Origin: an uncultured delta proteobacterium
GTDB taxonomy: Bacteria; Desulfobacterota; Syntrophia; Syntrophales; Smithellaceae
Direction: 5' to 3'
Assembly (NCBI GenBank): GCA_963705555.1
Contig: CAVPJZ010000001.1
Coordinates: forward strand, 449,009 to 513,008
DNA: 64,000 nt
Below are positions 49,661-59,617 of the stretch, piece by piece. The stretch's first letter is position 1. Every line of letters starts with the position of its first letter. The position numbers and the translations under genes are program-made. The notes beneath the pieces were generated by a model, which was not told where the DNA came from, searched no databases, and saw nothing but the letters and a program-made list of their open reading frames with translations.

Positions 49661-50994
49661 CTAATAAAATTTATCGTTCACCCTTTTTGATTGTTTTGGC
49701 AATTATTCTTTTTCCGCATCTTGTTTCCGGCGAAGAGCCATTAACCTTAGAAGCGAGCATTGATATAGCCTTGAAAAACAGCATTGTTCTAAATATTGCT
49801 AAAGAAGGGTCCAAGGGCGCTACTGCCCAGAAAAGAGAAGCTGTTACCGGATTTTTGCCCAAGTTCAGCACTTCCTATAGCTATAAGCGATTGAACGAGG
49901 AGCCAAGTATTATACTTCCGGCAATTCCACCCTTAATATTATCTCCCATGGAAATTGTTTCAGGCACAAAAAATAATTATTACTGGGTAGTTGAAGCAAA
50001 GCAGCCGCTATTTGCCGGAGGCGGAATTTTGGCCAATTATCAGGCAAGTCGAATTGGTGAAGACACGGCTTTTTTGGAGGAAAAAGCCAAATATCAAGAT
50101 GTAGTGCAGGAAGTAAAAATCGCTTATTTTGATATTTTGCGCGCACAAAGGATTCTGACTGCGGCTAGTCAATCTGTCGAGATGCTCAGCGCGCATCGGG
50201 ATGTTGCCGAAAATTATTTTCAGGTGGGTATGATCCCCAAAAATGATTTACTGCATGCCGAAGTCGAGCTGGCTAATGGCAAACAAACTCTGGTCAAAGC
50301 TCAAAATGCTGTGGATTTGACCAAAGCCCGTCTCAATACTGTTTTGAAACGCAAGATATTTGCACCGGTAGAAATAGTCGATATTTTAAACTATCAACCA
50401 CTGGACCAATCGTTCGAAGAATGTCTGAATATCGCCCAGCAGTCAAGACTCGAACTAAAGATTTCCTCGCTCAAAGCAGCGCAAGCGGCAAAATTGGTAC
50501 GGGTAGCGCAAAGTGATTATTTGCCCTCTTTGAGTTTGGTAGGTAATTACACGAGGTATGGTGATAATCCTTCGGTTTCCGGCAGCGACTATCAAGATAT
50601 GGAAAGCTGGTATGTGATGGCGGTGGCCAGTTGGAATTTCTGGGAATGGGGCAAAACTAAATTTCGGGTTGATGCGAGCAAGGCCAGAGAGAATCAAGCT
50701 ATAGATGCTGCCAAAGAATTAAATGACCAAATCACTTTAGAAATCAAAAATGCCTATCTGGTTTTACAAGAAACGGAAAAACAGATTGCCGTTTCTCAGA
50801 AAGTTATTGAACAGGCCGAGGAAAATTTCCGTATTTCCGAAGAAAGATATAAAGAAAGGGTGGCAACATCCACGGAAGTTCTCGATGCTCAAACACTTTT
50901 GACAAGGGCAAAAGCCGACTACGCGAATGCCTTGGGTGATTACAATATTAATTATGCCAGGCTGCAGAGGGCTATGGGAACTATTTGGCCGTAG
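49657..50994 (+). CDS. TolC-family outer membrane efflux protein (low GC, host-like composition)
   Basis: Signal peptide, then a two-repeat OEP architecture (YLPKFSTSYSY.., DYLPSLSLVGNY..). Its start overlaps the tetR stop (ATGA). Confidence 0.85.
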   Translation: MTNKIYRSPFLIVLAIILFPHLVSGEEPLTLEASIDIALKNSIVLNIAKEGSKGATAQKREAVTGFLPKFSTSYSYKRLNEEPSIILPAIPPLILSPMEIVSGTKNNYYWVVEAKQPLFAGGGILANYQASRIGEDTAFLEEKAKYQDVVQEVKIAYFDILRAQRILTAASQSVEMLSAHRDVAENYFQVGMIPKNDLLHAEVELANGKQTLVKAQNAVDLTKARLNTVLKRKIFAPVEIVDILNYQPLDQSFEECLNIAQQSRLELKISSLKAAQAAKLVRVAQSDYLPSLSLVGNYTRYGDNPSVSGSDYQDMESWYVMAVASWNFWEWGKTKFRVDASKARENQAIDAAKELNDQITLEIKNAYLVLQETEKQIAVSQKVIEQAEENFRISEERYKERVATSTEVLDAQTLLTRAKADYANALGDYNINYARLQRAMGTIWP

Positions 50995-51113
50995 TTTCGT
51001 TGTATGTTGTTTTTGTTTGGAAGGATTTTAAGGATAAAGAAAGTATTATTGTATGGGATGCTCATTACGACGAACAATTGATATTTGTATTAATAAAATA
51101 ACAGAGGTGTCGA

Positions 51114-52271
51114 ATGAAAAACAATAACAGAGCCGGGTTGATGGCCACCGCGAGCATTCTCGCTGTAGGCTTGATTCTGGGCGGTTGCGGACAGAAGACC
51201 CCAGGCACTCAAAACATTCCCGAAGTTTCCGTTGTGACGATACAGCCGAAGCAGGTGGCTATCACGACCGACTTGACCGGCCGAACGTCTGCCAATTTAG
51301 TCGCTGAAGTACGTCCTCAGGTGAGTGGCGTCATCCAGAAGCGTCTGTTTACGGAAGGATCCGATGTCAAGGCTGGCCAGGTGCTCTTTCAGATCGATCC
51401 TGCCCTTTATCAGGCGGCGCTTGCCAGGTCCGAGGCCAATCTCACGGCCATCCAGTTAAGGGCCGACCGCTTGCGGGAATTGCTGGCCGAGAAAGCGGTC
51501 AGCCAGCAGGACTATGATGATGCAGCGGCGGCATTGAAACAGACTCAGGCAGATATACAGACAGCACGCATCAATCTGAAGTATACGACGATTACCGCGC
51601 CCATCTCGGGCCGTATTGGAAGATCCAGCGTCACTGAGGGCGCCCTGGTAACGGCTCAGCAGCCCGCAGCCCTGGCAACCATTCAAAAACTTAATCCCAT
51701 GTATGTGGATATTACCCAATCAACGGCCGACCTGCTGCGATTGAGACGTGGCCTGAAAGAAGGCCGTCTGAATCAAAATGAAGCAAATCAGAAAAAGGTT
51801 CAACTCATTCTGGAAGACGGTACAGCGTATCCATTAGCGGGAACCCTTCAATTCCGGGACGTCACAGTCGATCCCACGACGGGAACCGTCATTCTGCGGG
51901 CCATCTTTCCCAATCCAAATGGAGTTCTCCTGCCGGGCATGTTCATCCGGGCAGTGGTGCAGGAAGGTGTCAATAAGAAGGCCATCCTCATTCCTCAACA
52001 GGCCGTGTCACGCGATCCGAAGGGTAACCCGCTCACATTGGTTGTGGACGCTGAAGGCAAGGTCCAATTGCGGATGCTCACGCTCGATCGGGCCATCGGC
52101 GATCAGTGGCTTGTTTTATCGGGTCTTGTGCCTGGCGAGCGGGTAATTATCGAGGGGATGCAAAAGGTGACACCCGGCGCTTTCGTAAAGGCTGTTCCTT
52201 TTGAAATTGGCGGCACAACAAGCAGCGGAGAACGTAAGAATACGGTCCCGCCGCCGTCAAAAGCGAAATAA
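51114..52271 (+). CDS. RND efflux periplasmic adaptor (AcrA/MexA-like lipoprotein)
   Basis: Lipobox LILGGC. Motifs: RPQVSGVI, hairpin coiled-coil, YTTITAPISGRIG. Confidence 0.9.
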   Translation: MKNNNRAGLMATASILAVGLILGGCGQKTPGTQNIPEVSVVTIQPKQVAITTDLTGRTSANLVAEVRPQVSGVIQKRLFTEGSDVKAGQVLFQIDPALYQAALARSEANLTAIQLRADRLRELLAEKAVSQQDYDDAAAALKQTQADIQTARINLKYTTITAPISGRIGRSSVTEGALVTAQQPAALATIQKLNPMYVDITQSTADLLRLRRGLKEGRLNQNEANQKKVQLILEDGTAYPLAGTLQFRDVTVDPTTGTVILRAIFPNPNGVLLPGMFIRAVVQEGVNKKAILIPQQAVSRDPKGNPLTLVVDAEGKVQLRMLTLDRAIGDQWLVLSGLVPGERVIIEGMQKVTPGAFVKAVPFEIGGTTSSGERKNTVPPPSKAK

Positions 52272-52283
52272 CGGAGGCGCAAG

Positions 52284-55200
52284 ATGCTATCAAGATTCTT
52301 TCTGGACCGTCCTGTCTTCGCCTGGGTCATCGCTATGATTATTATGGTGGTGGGTGGCTTGGCGATTTACAACTTGCCCATCACGCAGTATCCCCCCATC
52401 GCGCCGCCTTCCATCAGGGTTGGCTGCCTTTATCCAGGGGCCTCGGCGGAGACGGTGGAAAACAGCGTGACACAGATTATCGAGCAGCAGATGACCGGGC
52501 TGGACAGAATGCTGTACATGTCCAGCAGCAGTGATTCGTCCGGCATCTCTTCCATCACGTTGACCTTCGCCCCGGGAACCGATCCGGATCTTGCCTGGGC
52601 CAAGGTGCAAAACAAGCTCCAACTGGCGATGGCGCGACTGCCCCAAGTGGTGCAGCTCCGGGGTATCGGGGTCCGCAAATCCACCGCAAACTATCTGATG
52701 ATTGTTGGTTTGGTTTCCGAAGACGGCAGCATGACCGATATTGATTTGAGAGATTATTCTCTGACCACCGTACAGCAGGTGCTGGCGCGGGTGCCGGGCG
52801 TTGGGGAGGTGGAAGGATTCGGTGGCGAGTACGCCATGCGGATCTGGCTCAATCCCAACAAGCTGACGGTTTACAGTCTGACGATGGACGATGTGATCGC
52901 GGCGCTTAAAGATTACAACGTGGAAATCTCCGGCGGTCAGTTCGGTGGGGCGCCGGCTGTGGCGGGACAGCGCCTCAACGCTGCCATTATCGTCCATAGC
53001 CTGCTTAAGACCCCCGAGGAGTTTGCCAACATTCCCCTCCGCATCAATCCGGACGGCTCCATCGTGCGGATCAAGAACGTAGGACGGACGGAACTGGGGA
53101 CCGATCTTGCCGATACCTTTAGTTATTACAACGGCATGCCGGCGGCCGGGTTGGCCATCCGGCAGGAACCCGGCGCCAATGCGCTGGATACGGCCAACGC
53201 GATACGGGATAAGATGAAGGAGTTGAGCCGGTATTTTCCCCACGGGATGAAGACTATTTATCCTTACGATACCACCCCTTTTACCAAGGTGGCGATTGAG
53301 GAGGTGGTCAAGACCCTTTTCGAGGCCATCTTGTTGGTCTTCCTGGTCATGTACCTGTTCATGGGCAACATACGGGCCACCCTCATTCCTACTATTGCCG
53401 TGCCGGTGGTGCTTCTCGGTACCTTTGCGGTGCTGGGACTTTTCGGTTTCTCCATCAACATGCTAACCATGTTTGCTATGGTGCTCGCTATCGGCCTGCT
53501 GGTGGACGACGCCATCGTGGTGGTGGAAAACGTTGAACGCATCATGAGTGAGGAAGGAATCTCACCTAAAGAGGCCACCGCCAAGTCCATGGACCAAATC
53601 ACCCCCGCGCTGATTGGCATAGGGTTGGTGCTCTCGGCGGTCTTCGGACCGATGGCGTTCTTCTCCGGTTCCACAGGTGTCATCTACCGCCAGTTTTCCG
53701 TGACCGTCATCGCCGCCATGCTCCTTTCGCTGTTGGTGGCTTTGATCCTGACACCGGTCCTCTGCGCCTCGCTGCTCAAGTCGGTGCCCAAGGGGCATCA
53801 ACCGGCGGAAGGCGGGATATCTTTCCTGCGCCCGTTTTTCAGATGGTTTGATCGCGTCTTTTTTCGATCCCGAGACCAGTACTTGAGAATAGTTGGTCAT
53901 TCGTTAAACAAAAACGTGCGCTATTTGTTTTTCTATCTGCTGATCGTGGCGGCGATGGTATTGCTGCTTCTGAATTTGCCTAAGAGTTATCTCCCGGATG
54001 AGGACCAGGGGACGCTGCTGGTCATGGCCATGCTTCCGTCGGGTTCTACGCTGGAACAGACCCAGAAAGTAATGGAGGTCGTCCAGAATCATTTTCTGGA
54101 GAGAGATAAAGACGCGGTGGAAGCCCTTATGACGATTAGCGGTCAGAACCAAGCCGGCCGGGGGCAGAACATCGGTATGGCCTTTGTCAAGCTCAGGGAC
54201 TGGAAGCTGCGCTCCCGGCAAGAGCTGAAGGCTACCGCTGTTGCCGACAGGGCCATGCGGGCGTTTGCACAGATCCGCAACGCCAGGGTGTTTGCCTTCA
54301 CACCGCCGCCAGTCATCGAACTGGGCAATGCCAAAGGTTTTGATTTCCAATTGCAGGACCGTGGCGGCCTGGGACACGATGGTCTGATGGCAGCCCGCAA
54401 CCAACTCCTCGCCATGGCGGCCAAGGATCCAAGATTAACCCGGGTGCGGCCCAACGGACTGGAAGATAGCCCCCAATACCGGATCGAGGTGGATTGGGCA
54501 AAGGCCGGTGCCCTGGGGATTCCAATCACTGCCATCCACAACACAATTTCGGTAGCCTTTGGCAGCGCCTATGTCAACGACTTTATTAAAGGCGGACGGG
54601 TCAAGCATGTGGACATTCAGGCCGACGCCCCCTACCGCATGTTGCCCGGTGATCTGGAAAGACTCTATGTGCGCAACAACACGGGCAAGATGGTCCCCTA
54701 TTCCGCCTTTGCATCCGGGCACTGGGCCTTCGGTTCTCCCAAGCTGGAGCGCTACAACGCGTTTCCTTCCATAAATATTTGGGGAGAGGCGGCGCCGGGC
54801 AGGAGTTCCGGTGAGGCGATGCAGGCCATGGAGGAAATCGCCTCGAAGTTACCCAAAGAAATCGGCTTTGATTGGACCGGGCTTTCCTACCAGGAGCGGC
54901 AAGCTGGCACCCAGGCTGTCCCGCTCTATGCATTTTCTATTTTGATCATCTTCCTGTGCGTAGCGGCCCTGTATGAGAGTTGGACCGTTCCCATCTCGAT
55001 TCTCCTGGCTCTCCCCTTGGGGGCGATAGGCGGCGCCATCGCCTCGAATATGCGGGGGATGCCCAACGACATCTATTTCCAGATCGGCCTTTTGACCATC
55101 CTGGGACTGACCACCAAGAACGCCATTCTGATTGTCCAGTTCGCCAAGGCCCGGGTGGAAGAAGGGATGGGGCTGATGGAAGCGACTCTGGAAGGGGCCA

Positions 55201-55457
55201 AACTGAGGCTGCGTCCCATCATCATGACCTCGCTAGCCTTCGGATTCGGGATCATGCCGCTGGTGCTGGCAAGCGGCGCAGGTGCGGGCGCGCAAAAAGC
55301 CATCGGCACCGGGGCGCTGGGTGGGGTAGTGACCGCTACCTTCCTGGTAACCTTGTTTGCGCCGCTCTTCTATGTGTTGATCGAGAAAACCTTTGGCAAA
55401 GGCAGAAAAGGTAAAGCGACCAAGGCAGACAGCGTAAATCCATCAAAGGATAAATGA
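52284..55457 (+). CDS. RND multidrug efflux permease (AcrB/MexB-like)
   Basis: Intact 1057 aa with MLSRFFLDRPVFAWVIAMII and AIGLLVDDAIVVVENVERIM. A sample line is about 53-60% GC. Confidence 0.93.
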   Translation: MLSRFFLDRPVFAWVIAMIIMVVGGLAIYNLPITQYPPIAPPSIRVGCLYPGASAETVENSVTQIIEQQMTGLDRMLYMSSSSDSSGISSITLTFAPGTDPDLAWAKVQNKLQLAMARLPQVVQLRGIGVRKSTANYLMIVGLVSEDGSMTDIDLRDYSLTTVQQVLARVPGVGEVEGFGGEYAMRIWLNPNKLTVYSLTMDDVIAALKDYNVEISGGQFGGAPAVAGQRLNAAIIVHSLLKTPEEFANIPLRINPDGSIVRIKNVGRTELGTDLADTFSYYNGMPAAGLAIRQEPGANALDTANAIRDKMKELSRYFPHGMKTIYPYDTTPFTKVAIEEVVKTLFEAILLVFLVMYLFMGNIRATLIPTIAVPVVLLGTFAVLGLFGFSINMLTMFAMVLAIGLLVDDAIVVVENVERIMSEEGISPKEATAKSMDQITPALIGIGLVLSAVFGPMAFFSGSTGVIYRQFSVTVIAAMLLSLLVALILTPVLCASLLKSVPKGHQPAEGGISFLRPFFRWFDRVFFRSRDQYLRIVGHSLNKNVRYLFFYLLIVAAMVLLLLNLPKSYLPDEDQGTLLVMAMLPSGSTLEQTQKVMEVVQNHFLERDKDAVEALMTISGQNQAGRGQNIGMAFVKLRDWKLRSRQELKATAVADRAMRAFAQIRNARVFAFTPPPVIELGNAKGFDFQLQDRGGLGHDGLMAARNQLLAMAAKDPRLTRVRPNGLEDSPQYRIEVDWAKAGALGIPITAIHNTISVAFGSAYVNDFIKGGRVKHVDIQADAPYRMLPGDLERLYVRNNTGKMVPYSAFASGHWAFGSPKLERYNAFPSINIWGEAAPGRSSGEAMQAMEEIASKLPKEIGFDWTGLSYQERQAGTQAVPLYAFSILIIFLCVAALYESWTVPISILLALPLGAIGGAIASNMRGMPNDIYFQIGLLTILGLTTKNAILIVQFAKARVEEGMGLMEATLEGAKLRLRPIIMTSLAFGFGIMPLVLASGAGAGAQKAIGTGALGGVVTATFLVTLFAPLFYVLIEKTFGKGRKGKATKADSVNPSKDK

Positions 55458-55458
55458 T

Positions 55459-56865
55459 ATGAATAGAAAATGGTTTCTTCTCCCGGGTATAATAGTCTTC
55501 CTTCTGGGTGGTTGCACGATGGCCCCTAAATATACGCGACCGGATGCGCCGGTGCCTGCCCAATGGCCGACAGGTACGGCCTACAAGGAAACGAAGTCCG
55601 CATCATCTGCTCCGGCAGCATCGGAGTTGCCGTGGCGGGAGTTCTTCACTGATGAACGCCTGCAAAAGATTATCGGGATCGCCCTGGACAACAACCGCGA
55701 TCTACGGGTGGCGGCCTTGAATGTCGAACAGGCGCGCGCTTTGTACGGCATTTCGCGAGCCTCGCTGTTGCCTTCGGTCAATGCGGTCGGGACGATGAGT
55801 AAACAACTTATTCCGGCTGATCTTTCAACCACTGGGTCCGCGATGGTTGCCGAACAATACAGTGTCAATCTGGGTATCACCTCCTGGGAGATTGACTTCT
55901 TCGGCCGCATCCGCAGCCTGAAAGACCAAGCGTTGGAGGAGTACTTAGCTACGGAGGATGCCCGCCGCAGCGCACAAATCTCGCTGGTGTCAACGGTAGC
56001 ACAGGCGTGTCTGACCATGGCTGCAGACAGGGAAACCCTCAAACTGGTGACCTCCACCCTGGAGGCTCAGGAGACCTCCTACAAATTGATCCGGAAACGC
56101 TATGACGTGGGGCTTTCCTCCGAATTGGATCTACTGCGAGCGCAAAGTCAGGTGGATACGGCCAGGGGAGACGTCGCCCGCTATACGCAACTGACGGCGC
56201 TAGATGAAAACGCCTTAAATCTTCTGGTTGGTTCTCTGCTGCCGCAAGAACTCTTGACTTTGGATCTGGGCAGCATCAACCCACCCAAAGAGATTTCTCC
56301 CGGCCTGTCTTCCGAGCTGCTCTTGCGCCGGCCGGATGTACTGGCGGCGGAACATCAACTGAAGGCGGACAACGCCAATATCGGCGCTGCTCGTGCGGCT
56401 TTCTTCCCCCGAATCTCCCTGACGGCCGCCATCGGAACTGCCAGCGCAGATCTATCCGGACTTTTCAAAGCCGGCCAGGGTACGTGGCTTTTCGCACCGC
56501 AGGTCATGATGCCAATTTTTGATGCCCGCACGTGGTCGGCATACGATGTAACAAAAGTAGAGAAGGAAATATCCATCGCCCAATACGAAAAAGTGATCCA
56601 GGCGGCTTTTCGGGAAGTGGCTGATGCTCTTGCCGTGCGGAGTACGGTGAACCAACAGATAGCGGCGCAACAATCGCTGGTCGATGCTGTTGCGGAAACT
56701 TATCGCCTCTCCAATGCGCGCTATACCAAGGGAATTGACAGCTACCTGAGCGTCCTCGATGCACAACGTTCCCTCTATGGCGCACAACAGGGATTGATCA
56801 TTCTTCGCCTCGCCCGGATCAACAATACGGTCACTCTTTACAAGGTGTTGGGTGGGGGTGAGTAA
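55459..56865 (+). CDS. NodT/OprM-family outer membrane lipoprotein of the RND system
   Basis: Lipobox LLGGCTMAP. Two OEP repeats. It starts 1 nt after the acrB-like stop. Confidence 0.9.
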   Translation: MNRKWFLLPGIIVFLLGGCTMAPKYTRPDAPVPAQWPTGTAYKETKSASSAPAASELPWREFFTDERLQKIIGIALDNNRDLRVAALNVEQARALYGISRASLLPSVNAVGTMSKQLIPADLSTTGSAMVAEQYSVNLGITSWEIDFFGRIRSLKDQALEEYLATEDARRSAQISLVSTVAQACLTMAADRETLKLVTSTLEAQETSYKLIRKRYDVGLSSELDLLRAQSQVDTARGDVARYTQLTALDENALNLLVGSLLPQELLTLDLGSINPPKEISPGLSSELLLRRPDVLAAEHQLKADNANIGAARAAFFPRISLTAAIGTASADLSGLFKAGQGTWLFAPQVMMPIFDARTWSAYDVTKVEKEISIAQYEKVIQAAFREVADALAVRSTVNQQIAAQQSLVDAVAETYRLSNARYTKGIDSYLSVLDAQRSLYGAQQGLIILRLARINNTVTLYKVLGGGE

Positions 56866-57312
56866 AGGAGGTCTTGAAAATGTATCAGCTAACCTCGCGC
56901 CGATTTAAGGGCATTTACTTTTCCTTTAGAAGAAGAATGCGTCTAGATTAAACAGGGGGGATATGTTATGGCTGGCCAAAGAGTTACCCGCAGACAAAAA
57001 GATATTTCGCGGCTTTTGCGCGAAAAAAAATATAATCCGCGTCAGCATTCGAAAAAAGATAATAAATTTCCTTTAAAAAAACGCGGAAGTTGACCGATAT
57101 AAAAGCTGATGGCCGGTATCAGAAACCCAAGAATACCTCCGGCAATAAAGCCGATAATGCCTAATTTAACGGCCAATCCGTTTGATTTTCCAGAACCTAT
57201 CTTTATATCCTTTCATTTTTTATGTAAAAAATATCCGAATCTATCAAGGGGAAAAAAGCTTTCTTTTTCACAGCATCAATTTCTATATTTTTTCATAAAT
57301 GTCAATGGATTC

Positions 57313-58365
57313 TCAATTTTTATGAAAAGATCCGCTCAATTGGCCGCAGGCGGCAAGGATGTCGCTGCCACGGCTTGTGCGGATCATGGTTGTATAGTGT
57401 TTTTTGATCAGTAGCTGTTGAAAAGCTTCCACTTCTTTGGGCGGCGGCGATTTAAAAGGTGATCCGGGGATTTCGTTAAAAACAATCAAGTTTAATTTAC
57501 AGCGCTGGCCTTTCAGTAAATCGGCTAATTTCTCGGCGTCGCGCACGGAAGAATTAACGCCGTCAATTAAAATATATTCAAAAGTAAGCAGCCTCCGGCC
57601 AGGCATGGGATATTGCCTGCAAGCATCCAGCAAAACTTTCAGAGGATATTTTTTATTGACCGGCATGAGCTTATTTCTGGTTTCATCATCCGGCGCGTTG
57701 AGCGATACAGCGAGATTAATGCAAATATCTTTGCCCAGCTGAATTATTTGCGGGGCAAGCCCGCAGGTGGAAACCGTGATTTTCCGGTTGGAAATACCCA
57801 GACCGAAATCGCAGGTAAGAATATTTATCGCCTTGAGCGTATTTTCATAATTGGCCAGAGGTTCACCCATGCCCATCATCACAATATTTTTGATGTTGGG
57901 TCCTTCCGGCGTTTCCTGCCTCAGGGCAATGAGTTGGCCGGCAATTTCCGAAGGCTTTAAATTTCTTTTGAATCCCTGGCGAGCGGTCAGGCAAAATTCA
58001 CAATCCATGGCGCAGCCGGCCTGAGTGGATATGCAAATCGTCCAATGGTTTTTACCGGGAATTAAAACACTTTCGATAAAAAGCCCGTCTTCCAGACGCA
58101 AAAGCGCTTTTTTCGTTCCATCCTTGGATTTCTGAATTTTAACGATTTGCGGTCGGTGGATACGGGCTATTTCGGCAAGCTTGCCGCGGAAATCGCGGGA
58201 GAGGGTGGTCATGTCCTCAAAAGAAGTGCTGCCTGATTGATGCAGCCATTTCATTATTTGCCGCGCGCGGAATTTTTCCTTGCCCAGAGAGGAAATGAAT
58301 TCTTCCATTTCCTCCAGAGTGAAATCCAGTAAATTGGGAAGTGGATTTTCAGCGCGATTAATCAT
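57313..58365 (-). CDS. rlmN: 23S rRNA/tRNA adenine-C2 methyltransferase RlmN (radical SAM)
   Basis: 350 aa with CAMDCEFCLT (CxxxCxxC), MGMGEPLAN, and the C-terminus ..DILAACGQL. Confidence 0.9.
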   Translation of the reverse strand: MINRAENPLPNLLDFTLEEMEEFISSLGKEKFRARQIMKWLHQSGSTSFEDMTTLSRDFRGKLAEIARIHRPQIVKIQKSKDGTKKALLRLEDGLFIESVLIPGKNHWTICISTQAGCAMDCEFCLTARQGFKRNLKPSEIAGQLIALRQETPEGPNIKNIVMMGMGEPLANYENTLKAINILTCDFGLGISNRKITVSTCGLAPQIIQLGKDICINLAVSLNAPDDETRNKLMPVNKKYPLKVLLDACRQYPMPGRRLLTFEYILIDGVNSSVRDAEKLADLLKGQRCKLNLIVFNEIPGSPFKSPPPKEVEAFQQLLIKKHYTTMIRTSRGSDILAACGQLSGSFHKN

Positions 58366-59584
58366 TAAGCTTTTTCTGCAAGTGTTGCGGCGATGGCGTC
58401 AATAAAACCTTCCGTATTGACTTTTTTGTTGGAAGATTTTTTTTCGGCAAGCGCGAGCAAATCACCGGTCATGGTGCCGCTCTCGACCGTAGCAATGGCC
58501 GCTTCTTCGAGCTTATCGGCAAACTTTATCACTTCCGGAGTGCCGTCCAGCTCGCCGCGTTTGCGCAGGCCGCCGCGTCCAGGCAAAAATCAGCGCCATG
58601 GAATTGCTGGAAGTTTCTTCGCCTTTTAAATGTTTGTAGTAATGCTTTTGCACGGTGCCGTGCGCGGCTTCATATTCAAACCAGCCGTTGGGTGAAACCA
58701 GTACGGATGTCATCATGGCCAGCGATCCGCAGGCGGAAGCGATCATATCCGACATGACATCGCCGTCGTAATTTTTCAGCGCCCAGAGCATACCGCCTTC
58801 GCTTTTCATAATGCGCGCCACGGCATCGTCAATCAGGGTAAAGAAATATTCAATTCCCGCTTTTTCAAATTTTTCTTTCCAGTTTTTCTCAAATTCACGA
58901 TTGAATATTTCGCGGAAGCCGGCATCGTATATTTTGGAAATAGTATCTTTGGTGGAAAACCACAAATCAATTTTTTCACTCAAAGCGTAAGTAAAACAAG
59001 CTCGGGCAAAGCTCAAAATGGATTGGTCCAGGTTATGGTTGACCTGAATAATGCCCGCTGACGGGGAAATCTTTAACCATGGTGCTTTGAGGTTTGCCGC
59101 CATCCTTGCGGAGTAAAAACAATTTCGAGTTTTCCCGCCTCCGGAATAGGCATTTCAAAATTATTGTAAACATCGCCGTAGGCGTGACGGCCTATGGTTA
59201 TCGGTTTTTTCCATGAAGAAACCGCAGGTTTGATATTATTGACTAAAATCGGTTTTCGGAAAACCGTGCCGTCGAGCATGGCGCGAATAGTGCCGTTGGG
59301 GCTTTTCCACGCTTTTTTCAAATTGTATTCTTTTACGCGGTCTTCATTGGGAGTGATGGTGGCGCATTTAATGCCGACGCCGTATTTCATAATCGCGCGG
59401 GCGGCATCAACAGTAACCTGGTCATCGGTATCATCGCGATGTTTGACATGCAGATCGTAATAATCAATATTCATATCCAGATAGGGAAAGAGAAGCTTAT
59501 CCTTAACCATCTGCCACATGACGCGGGTCATTTCATCGCCGTCCATTTCGACGATGGTAGTTTTTACTTTGATCTTTTTTGCCA
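58365..59584 (-). pseudogene. icd: NADP-dependent isocitrate dehydrogenase (IDH1-like homodimeric type), >=3 frame breaks
   Basis: [24 protein letters not shown].., [40 protein letters not shown].., [11 protein letters not shown]. Spread over ORFs 59073-59753, 58513-59103 and 58365-58586 plus a third frame near 59080. Confidence 0.88.
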
Positions 59585-59617
59585 TAAAAAATGTTGCTCC
59601 GATATTTATTTGCCTTT

